Below, piece by piece: positions 16,815 to 25,842 of a stretch of 64,000 nucleotides of DNA. The stretch is taken from IMG/VR virus record IMGVR_UViG_3300021093_000062, positions 4,575 to 68,574 of that record; one strand, 5' to 3'. Source of the stretch: a virus. Each line of letters begins with the position of its first letter. Within the stretch, counting starts at the first letter, position 1. A program made the position numbers and the translations under genes. The notes beneath the pieces were generated by a model. That model worked only from the letters and a program-made list of their open reading frames with translations, was not told the origin of the DNA and ran no database searches.

Positions 16815-17366
16815 TCAGAGGCTCTTGGAGAGAGCCACGACCAACGCTACCAGTTGCTGCTGAGCAACTGTCCGCTGATCGGCGGGTGTGGTCACCAATG
16901 CCAACTGGCAGGCTGCGAGTTGGCTGGTGGCACGCTCTGTGGCTATCCGCACTTCACGCTGTGCGGGGGTCTCTCCGTTGTTGGATTGACCCTCGGTCAG
17001 CCGTGCCCACGCTGCGTTCTGGTCTTGTGCCCCTGCGAGCAACGCCCTCAGAACGTCCGCGGACTTCTTGGAAGCCAAGAGCCGGTTCCAAACCGTCTGC
17101 CCCGCTTTCGCGGAGCCGACCGCCGGAAGGCTGAAGAAGAGTCCCCAAACGATGAGGATTCCCTCCCAGCCCGCGGGTAGCGTGTTGGCGGTGTACGCCT
17201 TAGCGATGACGTCCCCGATTTCCCTGCGGATTTCGGTCTCCTTGAGAGCCGCAATAGCGGGGGCGGAGGGACGCAAGTCGTCCCACGCTGCTTTCGCGGT
17301 TGCCTTGGAGTTGGACGCTGTGGCATCTGCCAAGAGCGTTTGCCTGACTGTGTCTAACACCGACAT
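16815..17366 (-). CDS. Ala-rich helical hypothetical protein in a GC-rich island
   Basis: AAGGAG RBS, own terminator, GC-rich codons unlike the flanks. Confidence 0.7.
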   Translation of the reverse strand: MSVLDTVRQTLLADATASNSKATAKAAWDDLRPSAPAIAALKETEIRREIGDVIAKAYTANTLPAGWEGILIVWGLFFSLPAVGSAKAGQTVWNRLLASKKSADVLRALLAGAQDQNAAWARLTEGQSNNGETPAQREVRIATERATSQLAACQLALVTTPADQRTVAQQQLVALVVALSKSL

Positions 17367-17567
17367 GTTGTCTCCTTGTCGTAATGCCGGCGCTTGTCGC
17401 CGGTCATGCCATCGTTATGGGGGCGACCGGAAAGCGTCCTCGGTAGGGCCCAGCCCCCAATGATCACCCCACTACGCAATAGCCCTATTCTAAATGGGGG
17501 GTTACCCGTGGGTAACTGGGCACCTGGGTATAGGGTAATATAGACCTATACACAAGAAGGTTAACAC

Positions 17568-18371
17568 ATGCCCTACTTCTCTAACCATTACAGATATTAC
17601 GGGTACTCTAGCGGTGAAAGACGACCTGACGCAAGTCTTACTGTCAAGCACAACCCAGATAAAACAACAACTCTTATTCGTGAATCCGGTGCTCGCCCTC
17701 TTGGGCATAATGGCGATATTCCCCAGCTTTTTACGATGGAAGAAAACGCTAAAGCTCTTGCGCAAGTTAGAAAACTTCGTAAAAAACGGAAGTACCGCAG
17801 TGGCGTGCCATTCTCAGAATCAGGACTGACGTACGACCATAAGAGCGGCACATTCCGCGTCGCCAAAGAAGACGACCAATTGCAGTTGTTTGCCCATGAT
17901 CCCCCGAAACCTTCACAGGTTGAAATGCTAGTTTCCCGAGACAATATGGGAGCCAGAATAACCGCAATGACATTGCTGGGGCTAGCCGACATGGATGCAC
18001 GGGCACGAACGGGGCACCCATTGCAAACTTCATCGGACTTGTCCCCCCACAGTTTGCGTCTTGTACGACATCTGCGAGACCGTGGAGCCGTGAGCAACAC
18101 GGATGTTCCGAGTACCAGCACTAACACGATAGGTTTTGAGTTTGCTGAAGCAACCCTTGACGAGGCAGGAAATAATCTTAAGGACATACAACGCCCCGGT
18201 TCTGGATACACAGATAGATCCCCCGACGCCCGTAGTGCCCGTGAGCACATTATATCAATGCGTCGCCCCGCTAAGGAAACGCCTAAGCCGCAACCTACGC
18301 AGACCGAGCAACCTACATTGTGGGAGGGTTTAGGTATTCAACACCTTAATCGTACCCAATTCCAAATTTAA
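17568..18371 (+). CDS. Hypothetical protein ending in 'LNRTQF'
   Basis: 267-aa ORF; TAATAT -10 and AAGG RBS upstream. Confidence 0.7.
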   Translation: MPYFSNHYRYYGYSSGERRPDASLTVKHNPDKTTTLIRESGARPLGHNGDIPQLFTMEENAKALAQVRKLRKKRKYRSGVPFSESGLTYDHKSGTFRVAKEDDQLQLFAHDPPKPSQVEMLVSRDNMGARITAMTLLGLADMDARARTGHPLQTSSDLSPHSLRLVRHLRDRGAVSNTDVPSTSTNTIGFEFAEATLDEAGNNLKDIQRPGSGYTDRSPDARSAREHIISMRRPAKETPKPQPTQTEQPTLWEGLGIQHLNRTQFQI

Positions 18372-18480
18372 TAAGTAAAGCCGCCCAACCGACAAGTGGG
18401 CTATAATAGACCTATTCCATATAGATAAGACTGAAATATAGTTGGGGTAAAAATTTGCCGGTTGACTGAGGAGGTAAACC

Positions 18481-19485
18481 GTGGTTGACTTGCTGAGGAA
18501 TAGTAAAGAAACCTTTGTTGATGCTGATGACTTTGGGAGGTCATTTGATCCTAAAAGGACTTTCCGTCTTGCTGACCCTGAAGCTCATATACGTAGACTA
18601 TCCGCATTTACCGCTGGTGTGGGGGATGTTGCTTCTACCCACCCAGTATTTAGTGACAAACAAATGTTTATTTCTCCAACTGATCCTAGGGAGCTATGGA
18701 ATAGGTCTATTTACGCACCTAGCAATAGAGTAGACTTTGACGAACATGATGAAGGGCTAATCCACACAAGAGGTCACCTACATGAGGCTGCGAGGGCCTC
18801 TATTTACTCTCCCTTGCGCGACCCCAGATCAACTATTGGGGGGTCGGGGATTGTTGATGCCGCTGGCGATGCTGCCTTTTGGCACTTAAGGACTACTAGA
18901 AAGCCATACAGCCATACTATAGACATCATACCTGGAGAGCCTGGGTTGAGAAACGAGCATGCTGGGAATACCGCAAAACTTATTGGTGTTGTTCAGGAGG
19001 AGGACCTTGCGCGGAGCAAAGCCCAAAATAAGGAGTATCTCACGGGGAGAGGTCCAAATTATCAAAATACGGGGTTATCGACCTTTGATATTTATCAAAA
19101 AGAAGACGTAGACTGGCAAGCATTTGGGGATGACACACAGAGTAATAACTTTAGAGAGGCCATGGGCGATTTAAGACATAGAGTACGGGGGGTTCTGCGC
19201 GACCCCAGTTCTCCAAGAGTTCGTCAAATAATGGAACATGCATTAGCAAACCCTATGCCTATGCCAAAGATGAGAGGTAACTACCCAGAGATGTTTAGTC
19301 CACAATTCCTTAAAATAATACAGAAACCTCGTCCAGGAGGAGAATCTTGGCTAGCTGATGGTGATGCTGGTTCACCAGCGGAAATAACGCGTCTATACGG
19401 TCATACACAACATACACAAGACGTAATTGACTTGAAAACCGGTACTTGGGCCAAAATCCACCCAGACGAATACTTCCCAACGTGA
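18481..19485 (+). CDS. Hypothetical protein, paralog of 19519..20478
   Basis: GAGGAGG RBS; shared blocks DLLRN, FDxHDEGL and DLxTGxWAK..PxEYFP. Confidence 0.8.
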   Translation: MVDLLRNSKETFVDADDFGRSFDPKRTFRLADPEAHIRRLSAFTAGVGDVASTHPVFSDKQMFISPTDPRELWNRSIYAPSNRVDFDEHDEGLIHTRGHLHEAARASIYSPLRDPRSTIGGSGIVDAAGDAAFWHLRTTRKPYSHTIDIIPGEPGLRNEHAGNTAKLIGVVQEEDLARSKAQNKEYLTGRGPNYQNTGLSTFDIYQKEDVDWQAFGDDTQSNNFREAMGDLRHRVRGVLRDPSSPRVRQIMEHALANPMPMPKMRGNYPEMFSPQFLKIIQKPRPGGESWLADGDAGSPAEITRLYGHTQHTQDVIDLKTGTWAKIHPDEYFPT

Positions 19486-19518
19486 TGCTATCCTGGGATT
19501 TAAAGAGAATGGCATAAC

Positions 19519-20478
19519 ATGGTCAACATAAATAATTCTTCTCAAAGAGACCTATTAAGAAACCAAGACTTTCTTCAACCTGACATAAATACTGGGAGAA
19601 TGGTCCGTTCGGGTAATCCTGAGGTGCACATCAATAGGTTGCATCACTTTGCTGCTGGTCTGGGGGCTCATACGCACGAGAGTGGGCCCAACCTCCACAT
19701 AGCGGAAAATCGCCCAGGGTATAGTAGTAAAGTTTTAGTAAATAATTACTTAGACCCCCGCAAACGTTACGATCCCCTCATACAGAACTTTGCGTTTGAT
19801 AGGCATGATGAGGGGCTAACAACCCCACGCGGGGTTATGATGGCGTCTCAAGCAACCTATCGTGACTCGTTGAGAGACCAAGGGAGAGACCAAGGCGTTG
19901 ATTATTCTGGCTCCCATATTGCTAAGTTTGATTCAGACAAAGGATATAATGAACTGACGCATCGGATGCCCTATCAAGAATTAGTGACTAGCGCGCCACA
20001 GCATCGTACACGAGGCCAAAACCCCAGCGTACCAATGCGTGGGGAATTGTATAAAGCTGTGAATAGGGGAAGTATCCTACCATTCAACTTACTAAAGGAG
20101 ACATGGGGAGATAATATACCCAGGTGGCGTGGGGTTGAAACCGAGGAAACCACGGAGGATGTTGGGAGTCACCCTAGTCGTCGTGACGCGCTAAACTCTA
20201 TTGAGAGCAGATTTAGGAGCATCAATTTTCAAAATCGTGAGGATGTCCGACCTCAAACTCCTGAAAATCGTGAAAGACTACAGTATGCGCTTGATAATCC
20301 AAATGAAGAAAGCCTAAGATTTTTTCGTAGAACGTCTCCCAACATGCTTGGTCCACAGTTTGTGAATGTCTGGCATATGGATGAGAGTGGTCGCAGGTAT
20401 GAAGATATGCTCGATTTACAAACCGGTAACTGGGCTAAACTTGATCCAGAAGAGTACTTCCCATTTTCCAGAGAATAG
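19519..20478 (+). CDS. Hypothetical protein, paralog of 18481..19485
   Basis: Same shared sequence blocks. Confidence 0.8.
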   Translation: MVNINNSSQRDLLRNQDFLQPDINTGRMVRSGNPEVHINRLHHFAAGLGAHTHESGPNLHIAENRPGYSSKVLVNNYLDPRKRYDPLIQNFAFDRHDEGLTTPRGVMMASQATYRDSLRDQGRDQGVDYSGSHIAKFDSDKGYNELTHRMPYQELVTSAPQHRTRGQNPSVPMRGELYKAVNRGSILPFNLLKETWGDNIPRWRGVETEETTEDVGSHPSRRDALNSIESRFRSINFQNREDVRPQTPENRERLQYALDNPNEESLRFFRRTSPNMLGPQFVNVWHMDESGRRYEDMLDLQTGNWAKLDPEEYFPFSRE

Positions 20479-20506
20479 CCGTTTCTAAATAAAAGGAAAA
20501 TTAAAT

Positions 20507-20998
20507 ATGAACACAACGTTTAACGACGACGAAAGTGACGACGAGCCAGACGAATCTACTCCTCAGGAGGTGCGAAGGCGTAACCACCCGAGCATGAGCG
20601 GGCGTAAGAAGCTTTCTCCGCTAAATCCTAGACAGTTTTACGCTCAGAGTATGCATTTTACGATGGTTAAAGACCTAACATCAGATGATGGGGAACGTAC
20701 CGAGAGAGAATACGCTATAGGTGAGGACGATTTAGATAAACCGTCGGTTTCAACACACATTTATACCACCTATCCAGGGTCATCAGACTGGCAAATTAAC
20801 GTAATTGGCCCTAACGGTACAGAGTACCACCGCCATAACAGTGTTTCATCACGCAAAAGAGCCGAAATGGTCGAGCGCGGCATGGTAAGTCGGCTAGCTG
20901 GACCCACTGGAGACCCCAAAAAGACAGCAGTTAGACAGTATGATGACGTTCAAGAGGGTATAAAGGCCCTTGAACAGGCAGCAAACGAAGAAAAATAG
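20507..20998 (+). CDS. Hypothetical protein with 'LNPRQF' motif
   Basis: AAGGA RBS; acidic N-terminus. Confidence 0.7.
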   Translation: MNTTFNDDESDDEPDESTPQEVRRRNHPSMSGRKKLSPLNPRQFYAQSMHFTMVKDLTSDDGERTEREYAIGEDDLDKPSVSTHIYTTYPGSSDWQINVIGPNGTEYHRHNSVSSRKRAEMVERGMVSRLAGPTGDPKKTAVRQYDDVQEGIKALEQAANEEK

Positions 20999-21049
20999 TG
21001 TAAATTAGGTATTTTAGGCTAAAATTAACAAAAAAGACAACAATTAGGC

Positions 21050-21856
21050 ATGTCTATAGGGATCGGCATAACAACAAGGAACAGACCAGAATGTCTGGAA
21101 GCATGTCTACGTCACTTTACCGAATTTGGTCATGGTGACAAAGTTGTTGTTATAGATGATAACAGTGAATTATGGCAAGTTAATAAAATTGTTGCTGAAT
21201 CCTTTAATATTAACGTTATATACAAATATAGCACTTCACGATTAGGTGTATCAAAGGCAAAAAATGCATGCCTATGGGAACTCCGCGACTACGACCATGT
21301 ATTCCTGTTTGATGATGACACCTGGCCACAGTGTTATAACTGGGCTGAAACGTGGATCAACATAAATGAGGTAAATGGTGTTGGGCACTCTATGTTTAAT
21401 GTCACTGCTGCAGAACTACTGGACTTAAACCCAGCATTTAGGGCAGTTGTTCAGCCAATTGCTTCAATTGGGGATAACGAAACGAAGATGGTTTCATTTT
21501 CTAACTGTTTTGGCGTAATGCTCTACTTCAATAGAAAATGTATAGATGCCCTGGGTGGTTACCCCAATGATGCCCCCCACCTGTATGGTTATGAGCATGC
21601 TCAGATTAGTAAAAGGGCAAATATGGCTGGATTTACACGGGGACACCAGTATCTCACTCCAGCAATAGCAAGTAATTTGATTTACAGCATTGACATCACA
21701 TATTGCATGCTAAAAATCCTACCATTTTTTGATACTAGATGGATAGGGAACTTCCGCTCATCGGTAACATTGGAAGAATCATCTCAAGCAGGCAAAAACT
21801 CTGCCATAATGGACATTAGAGAAATATACTCCCCACTAGTACCACCATTAGGGTAA
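21050..21856 (+). CDS. Glycosyltransferase family 2 (GT-A)
   Basis: 'ITTRNR', 'VIDDNS', 'GVSKAKN', 'FLFDDD', 'YGYEH'. Confidence 0.88.
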   Translation: MSIGIGITTRNRPECLEACLRHFTEFGHGDKVVVIDDNSELWQVNKIVAESFNINVIYKYSTSRLGVSKAKNACLWELRDYDHVFLFDDDTWPQCYNWAETWININEVNGVGHSMFNVTAAELLDLNPAFRAVVQPIASIGDNETKMVSFSNCFGVMLYFNRKCIDALGGYPNDAPHLYGYEHAQISKRANMAGFTRGHQYLTPAIASNLIYSIDITYCMLKILPFFDTRWIGNFRSSVTLEESSQAGKNSAIMDIREIYSPLVPPLG

Positions 21857-22536
21857 TGATAAACATGTTTGAAATGACCATGCTCGTACCATCACGTGGA
21901 CGGCCACAAAATATAATTCGTCTAATGGACGCTTGGAATACAACAACCACACGCAATACACGCCTTCTAGTATTGGTTGATAACGACGATCCCAAGCTGG
22001 ACGAGTACCTCGCTATTCCAAATATTGACATACAGGTTGGCCCACGTCTAAGAATTGGGGGTACCCTTAATGCTGTCGCCCCAATTGAAGCAGAAAACTG
22101 CTTTGCTATTGGATTCCTGGGAGACGACCACTTGCCACGCACTAAGGGATGGGATGATCGGTTCCTTACAACGTTGGAAAAGGCTGGAGTAGGCATCACC
22201 TGGGGCAATGACCTTTACCACGGCGCAAACTTACCAACTGCGGTAGCCATGACTTCAAATATTGTCAGTACTCTTGGTTACTTTGTTATGCCGGGAGGGA
22301 TACACCTATTTCTAGATAACTTCTGGCTAGCAATAGGTCGTGGGCTAGACAGCGCGCACTACCTAGATGATGTTGTTATTGAGCACATCCACCCATTTTT
22401 TGGAAAAGCAGCACACGATACAACTTACACTGAAGCAAATGACTTAAAAGTGTCCAATGCCGATGAACTGACTTTTAACAACTATGTTGCTACCCAATTA
22501 CAAGCTGATCTGCAGAAATTGAGAACCTTAAAATGA
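21856..22536 (+). CDS. GT-A-like glycosyltransferase
   Basis: 'VPSRGRP', 'VDNDDP', 'FLGDDH.PRT.GWD', 'HLFLDN', 'IEHIHP'. Confidence 0.8.
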   Translation: MINMFEMTMLVPSRGRPQNIIRLMDAWNTTTTRNTRLLVLVDNDDPKLDEYLAIPNIDIQVGPRLRIGGTLNAVAPIEAENCFAIGFLGDDHLPRTKGWDDRFLTTLEKAGVGITWGNDLYHGANLPTAVAMTSNIVSTLGYFVMPGGIHLFLDNFWLAIGRGLDSAHYLDDVVIEHIHPFFGKAAHDTTYTEANDLKVSNADELTFNNYVATQLQADLQKLRTLK

Positions 22537-23120
22537 GAGAAGATAGGTTTTTCCCGTTAGGCACTATCCCAGAGTATTGTACTGCCGAGTGGTATTTAGA
22601 CCGCGAGATCGCACCACATGTTGACCAAGAAATGCACCGACCTCGCTTAAACACCGCGGCACAATTTGTAATGACCGTATGGTCACCAGAGCTGACTGTT
22701 GTTGACCTAGGTTCTGGTGATGGTGGGCTCTTATCACTTCTAACAGAAGTCCCCAAAGCTCAAAAATGGGGGTATGACCTACAACCATCAAATGTGGCTG
22801 GAGCAGTAAATCGAGATCAGGATGTTCGCTACGGTAGTGTATTCGATCCTATTGATTGGGCGGATATCGCTATTGCCACAGAGATGATTGAACATCTAGC
22901 AGGACCACACCAGTTTGTAAATATGGTTAGTCAGAAGAGCAAATACCTAATTGCTAGTTCTCCTTGGACAGAAAGTGTCAACAACCACTACGAATATCAT
23001 GCTTGGGCATGGGATGTAGAAGGATACGCTCGTATGCTTGAATCCAACGGGTGGAGAGTTGTACGGCACGAAACGCCTGGTAATTTCCAAGTAGCACTAT
23101 GCGAATCGGTAAACGTATGA
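22533..23120 (+). CDS. Class I SAM-dependent methyltransferase
   Basis: 'VVDLGSGDGGLL', 'TEMIEHL..P'. Confidence 0.85.
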   Translation: MREDRFFPLGTIPEYCTAEWYLDREIAPHVDQEMHRPRLNTAAQFVMTVWSPELTVVDLGSGDGGLLSLLTEVPKAQKWGYDLQPSNVAGAVNRDQDVRYGSVFDPIDWADIAIATEMIEHLAGPHQFVNMVSQKSKYLIASSPWTESVNNHYEYHAWAWDVEGYARMLESNGWRVVRHETPGNFQVALCESVNV

Positions 23121-23983
23121 AAAAAGCTCTAATTACTGGATACGCCGGGTTTGTTGGACGGCATTTTGTTGAAAAACTTGAAGGTTCATATGATCTAACT
23201 TTAATTGACATTAAAGATGGAAACGATTGTAGAGATTTCTTTAAAGTAGACGACACCAAATTTAATTTAGTAATTCATTTGGCCGCAATTGTAGGTGGAA
23301 GAGCCACAATAGAAGGCAACCCGCTGAAGGTAGCAACTGACCTTGCTATTGACTCCGACATGTTTCAGTGGGCTCTACGCACACGCCCAGACAGAACGGT
23401 GTACTACTCTTCTTCAGCTGCCTACCCAACGGCATACCAAACCCATACTATGAAGTATGCTCTCCACGAAAATCACATTGATCTGGACTCTGTTATGTCA
23501 CCGGATCTAACCTACGGATGGGCAAAGCTCACAGGAGAGACCTTGGCTAAATACGCCAGTAACGAAGGTCTTCGTGTTCATGTTTTCCGCCCGTTCTCTG
23601 GATACGGGGAAGACCAAGATCTGGATTACCCGTTCCCTTCATTTATTGCGCGAGGAAAGCGTAAAGATAACCCATTTGAAATTTGGGGTACTGGAGAACA
23701 GGTGCGGGATTTTATACATATTGATGATGTAGTTAACGCTACTTTAGAAGCAGTTAAGCAAGACATACAAGGCCCCGTCAATCTAGGGTGTGGGAGAGCA
23801 ACAAGTTTTAATGAACTTGCTAGCTTGGTAGCAAAAGAAGCTGGGTACATACCAGCTATTACTCATATATTGGGCGCACCTGAAGGGGTGTCATACCGAG
23901 TATGCGATCCTTCAAAGCTTTTTACGTTCTATATCCCCAAGATATCCCTAGAAGAAGGCATACGACGAGCTATTCGTTCCTGA
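23117..23983 (+). CDS. NAD-dependent nucleotide-sugar epimerase/dehydratase
   Basis: 'TGYAGFVG', 'HLAAIVGG', 'SSSAAY', 'YGWAK', 'WGTGEQVRDFIHIDD'. Confidence 0.92.
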   Translation: MKKALITGYAGFVGRHFVEKLEGSYDLTLIDIKDGNDCRDFFKVDDTKFNLVIHLAAIVGGRATIEGNPLKVATDLAIDSDMFQWALRTRPDRTVYYSSSAAYPTAYQTHTMKYALHENHIDLDSVMSPDLTYGWAKLTGETLAKYASNEGLRVHVFRPFSGYGEDQDLDYPFPSFIARGKRKDNPFEIWGTGEQVRDFIHIDDVVNATLEAVKQDIQGPVNLGCGRATSFNELASLVAKEAGYIPAITHILGAPEGVSYRVCDPSKLFTFYIPKISLEEGIRRAIRS

Positions 23984-23997
23984 AAGCTGAAGTTTCA

Positions 23998-24071
23998 GCC
24001 GGATGGTGCGTCCGGTTGACGCAAGGTGTCTTATAAACACCCGTAGACGGGTTCAACTCCCGTATCCGGCA
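23998..24071 (+). tRNA. trnI-UAU: tRNA-Ile (UAU)
   Basis: GCCGGAT/ATCCGGC acceptor stem, GGTGT-CTTATAA-ACACC anticodon arm, ACGGG-TTCAACT-CCCGT T-arm; non-canonical G at position 8. Confidence 0.8.
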
Positions 24072-24088
24072 CTGTTATAATTGATAAC

Positions 24089-24253
24089 ATGGTTGTTACT
24101 TACACTATCAGCACTCCAATGATGCACGATGCACGTAGCATTGCTATGCGCCGTGCTACGGCAGAGGGCTGGGGTAGAGTGTCAGTAACTAACGTAAAGC
24201 AAGTTGGCGCACAAGCTTACGAAGTTACTTTGATAGTTTCTAAGTACTCATGA
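24089..24253 (+). CDS. Small hypothetical protein (probably leaderless)
   Basis: TATAAT 7 nt before the ATG; 54 aa; manual translation. Confidence 0.5.
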   Translation: MVVTYTISTPMMHDARSIAMRRATAEGWGRVSVTNVKQVGAQAYEVTLIVSKYS

Positions 24254-24381
24254 GCGACGAAAAGCAGTGTGATACCTCGACACAGTGTGTTTACTGTGGT
24301 GGTCAGCTGGTTCCAGAACATGCACACTATAAGTGTAAAGATTGTGGTAGACGTGACGCATGCTGTGAAGGAGTATATTGA
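24250..24381 (+). CDS. Small Zn-ribbon protein
   Basis: CVYCGG...HAHYKCKDCG..DACCEG; ATGA coupling with the upstream gene. Confidence 0.6.
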   Translation: MSDEKQCDTSTQCVYCGGQLVPEHAHYKCKDCGRRDACCEGVY

Positions 24382-25550
24382 TTAAAAAGCTATTTGGAAG
24401 AGTCATAAGTGTCTCAAAATGGTCTTTAATAGTTTTATCAATATTCCCAGTTAGCTCTGCTAAAGCAGAACCAGTGACTTACACCGTAACAGGGGCTAAC
24501 GATCTGTGGTTCACGTACACAGAACCTTCTGATTTCAAGGTACGTACTTATGCATGGCAGTACGGTATTGACTCGATGCTATGGCTATACGACGCGCAAG
24601 ATAACCTAATTGCTCAAAACGACGACTTCTTTGGTTTGGATTCATGGATTGAAGTACCCGTACAACCAGGTACGTACAGGTTGCGTACTGGGGTATGCTG
24701 TGGAGATCCAAACAGGTGGTATGGTACTAGCTATACTGTAGAGCTAAACACCACCCCAACGAACACTCCTGAGACGACAACGACATGGCCGGAAACTACA
24801 ACATCCACAACTTCAACGACGACGAGTACTACCACTGCCCCAACAACGACTGTGCCTGTCACGGAACCCCCGGTTACTACGAGCACCTCAACGTCTACGG
24901 AGGCCCCGACCACTACGGAAATGCCGACCACTACGGAAATACCGACGACCACGGAAATACCGACCACTACGGAAATACCGACAGCGCCCAGTATTCCCAT
25001 TGTGATTCCCCCGACTCTCCCTTCTACTACCACTACTACCACTACAACAACGGTCGTCTCAACGTCTACGAGCACCTCCATACCGGAGTCAACCAGTTCG
25101 TCTACCAGCACGCCCACAACAACGACTGTGCCTGTGGAGAATGGCCCTCAGGTATCTGAGGAAGAGCTACTAAATCTCTCAGACGAGGAACTCACCGATC
25201 TAGTAGAATCTATAGAGATAAGTGAACTAACTGAGGAAGCAATTGCCGCTGTATTCAGCGAAGAAGTACTTAGCGAACTATCTGTAGACCAGGTAGAAGC
25301 ACTAATTGACGCAATTGAGCCCGAAACATTGTCTGATGAACAAGCTTTAATACTGTCTGAGGCTTTAACTAACGCCCCAGATAGCGTAAAAGAAGAGTTT
25401 GAATCTGAAATAGATGTTTTTGGTGGCCAGTTTGACACATACGTACCCATTGGTTCTACGGTGTCCGTAGGCGCACGACGAGTAGTAGTTGCTGCTGCGG
25501 CAGCAAGTTTTGCAATGCCAACCCCCACTAGCTCAAGGAAAGTTAGATGA
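24378..25550 (+). CDS. Secreted surface protein: PPC-like beta domain, mucin-like Thr linker, acidic helical region
   Basis: Signal peptide ('SSAKA'), 'DSMLWLYD...NDD..GLDS', long T/P/S tract. Confidence 0.75.
   Translation: MIKKLFGRVISVSKWSLIVLSIFPVSSAKAEPVTYTVTGANDLWFTYTEPSDFKVRTYAWQYGIDSMLWLYDAQDNLIAQNDDFFGLDSWIEVPVQPGTYRLRTGVCCGDPNRWYGTSYTVELNTTPTNTPETTTTWPETTTSTTSTTTSTTTAPTTTVPVTEPPVTTSTSTSTEAPTTTEMPTTTEIPTTTEIPTTTEIPTAPSIPIVIPPTLPSTTTTTTTTTVVSTSTSTSIPESTSSSTSTPTTTTVPVENGPQVSEEELLNLSDEELTDLVESIEISELTEEAIAAVFSEEVLSELSVDQVEALIDAIEPETLSDEQALILSEALTNAPDSVKEEFESEIDVFGGQFDTYVPIGSTVSVGARRVVVAAAAASFAMPTPTSSRKVR
24906..24983 (+). repeat. 18-bp coding tandem repeat (PTTTE[M/I] x4)
   Basis: ccgaccactacggaaat(a/g) units. 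Confidence 0.85.
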
Positions 25551-25726
25551 TTAAGAAATTCTTTAAAGAAACGTCTTCGCTGTCATGGACATTGGGTGGA
25601 ACAGCCCTAGTATTAATTACATTAAGTGGGCCCACAAAAGCAATAGGTTTATGGATATCCGGTGTATCATTAATTATCCACTTTCTCGGTGTCTTTTTTA
25701 CAAAAGAAATGGAGTCTGAGGAATGA
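25547..25726 (+). CDS. Small two-TM membrane protein (not in ORF track)
   Basis: MIKKFFKETSSLSWTLGGTALVLITLSG...; ATGA coupling at both ends. Confidence 0.65.
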   Translation: MIKKFFKETSSLSWTLGGTALVLITLSGPTKAIGLWISGVSLIIHFLGVFFTKEMESEE

Positions 25727-25842
25727 AAAAAGCTGTATTATTATTAGCAACATTACTGGCTCTATCGGCCTGTTCGGACAGATATAGGAACCCTGCAGAT
25801 GACCCAAGAAACCAATCAACGACAGTTGTACCAGCCCCGTAA
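25723..25842 (+). CDS. Small lipoprotein (not in ORF track)
   Basis: MKKAVLLLATLLALSA-C lipobox; 39 aa. Confidence 0.6.
   Translation: MKKAVLLLATLLALSACSDRYRNPADDPRNQSTTVVPAP

Noticed and set aside
16354-17463. Overlapping ORFs 16354+, 16453-, 16568+, 16704+, 17048- and 17068+
   Set aside because: No RBS, they span repeats or a terminator, and are expected shadow frames in GC-rich DNA; only 16815..17366 (-) has an RBS and terminator
24731-25528. Val-rich antisense ORFs and other antisense ORFs over structural genes
   Set aside because: Mirror frames of Thr-rich or codon-biased sense genes
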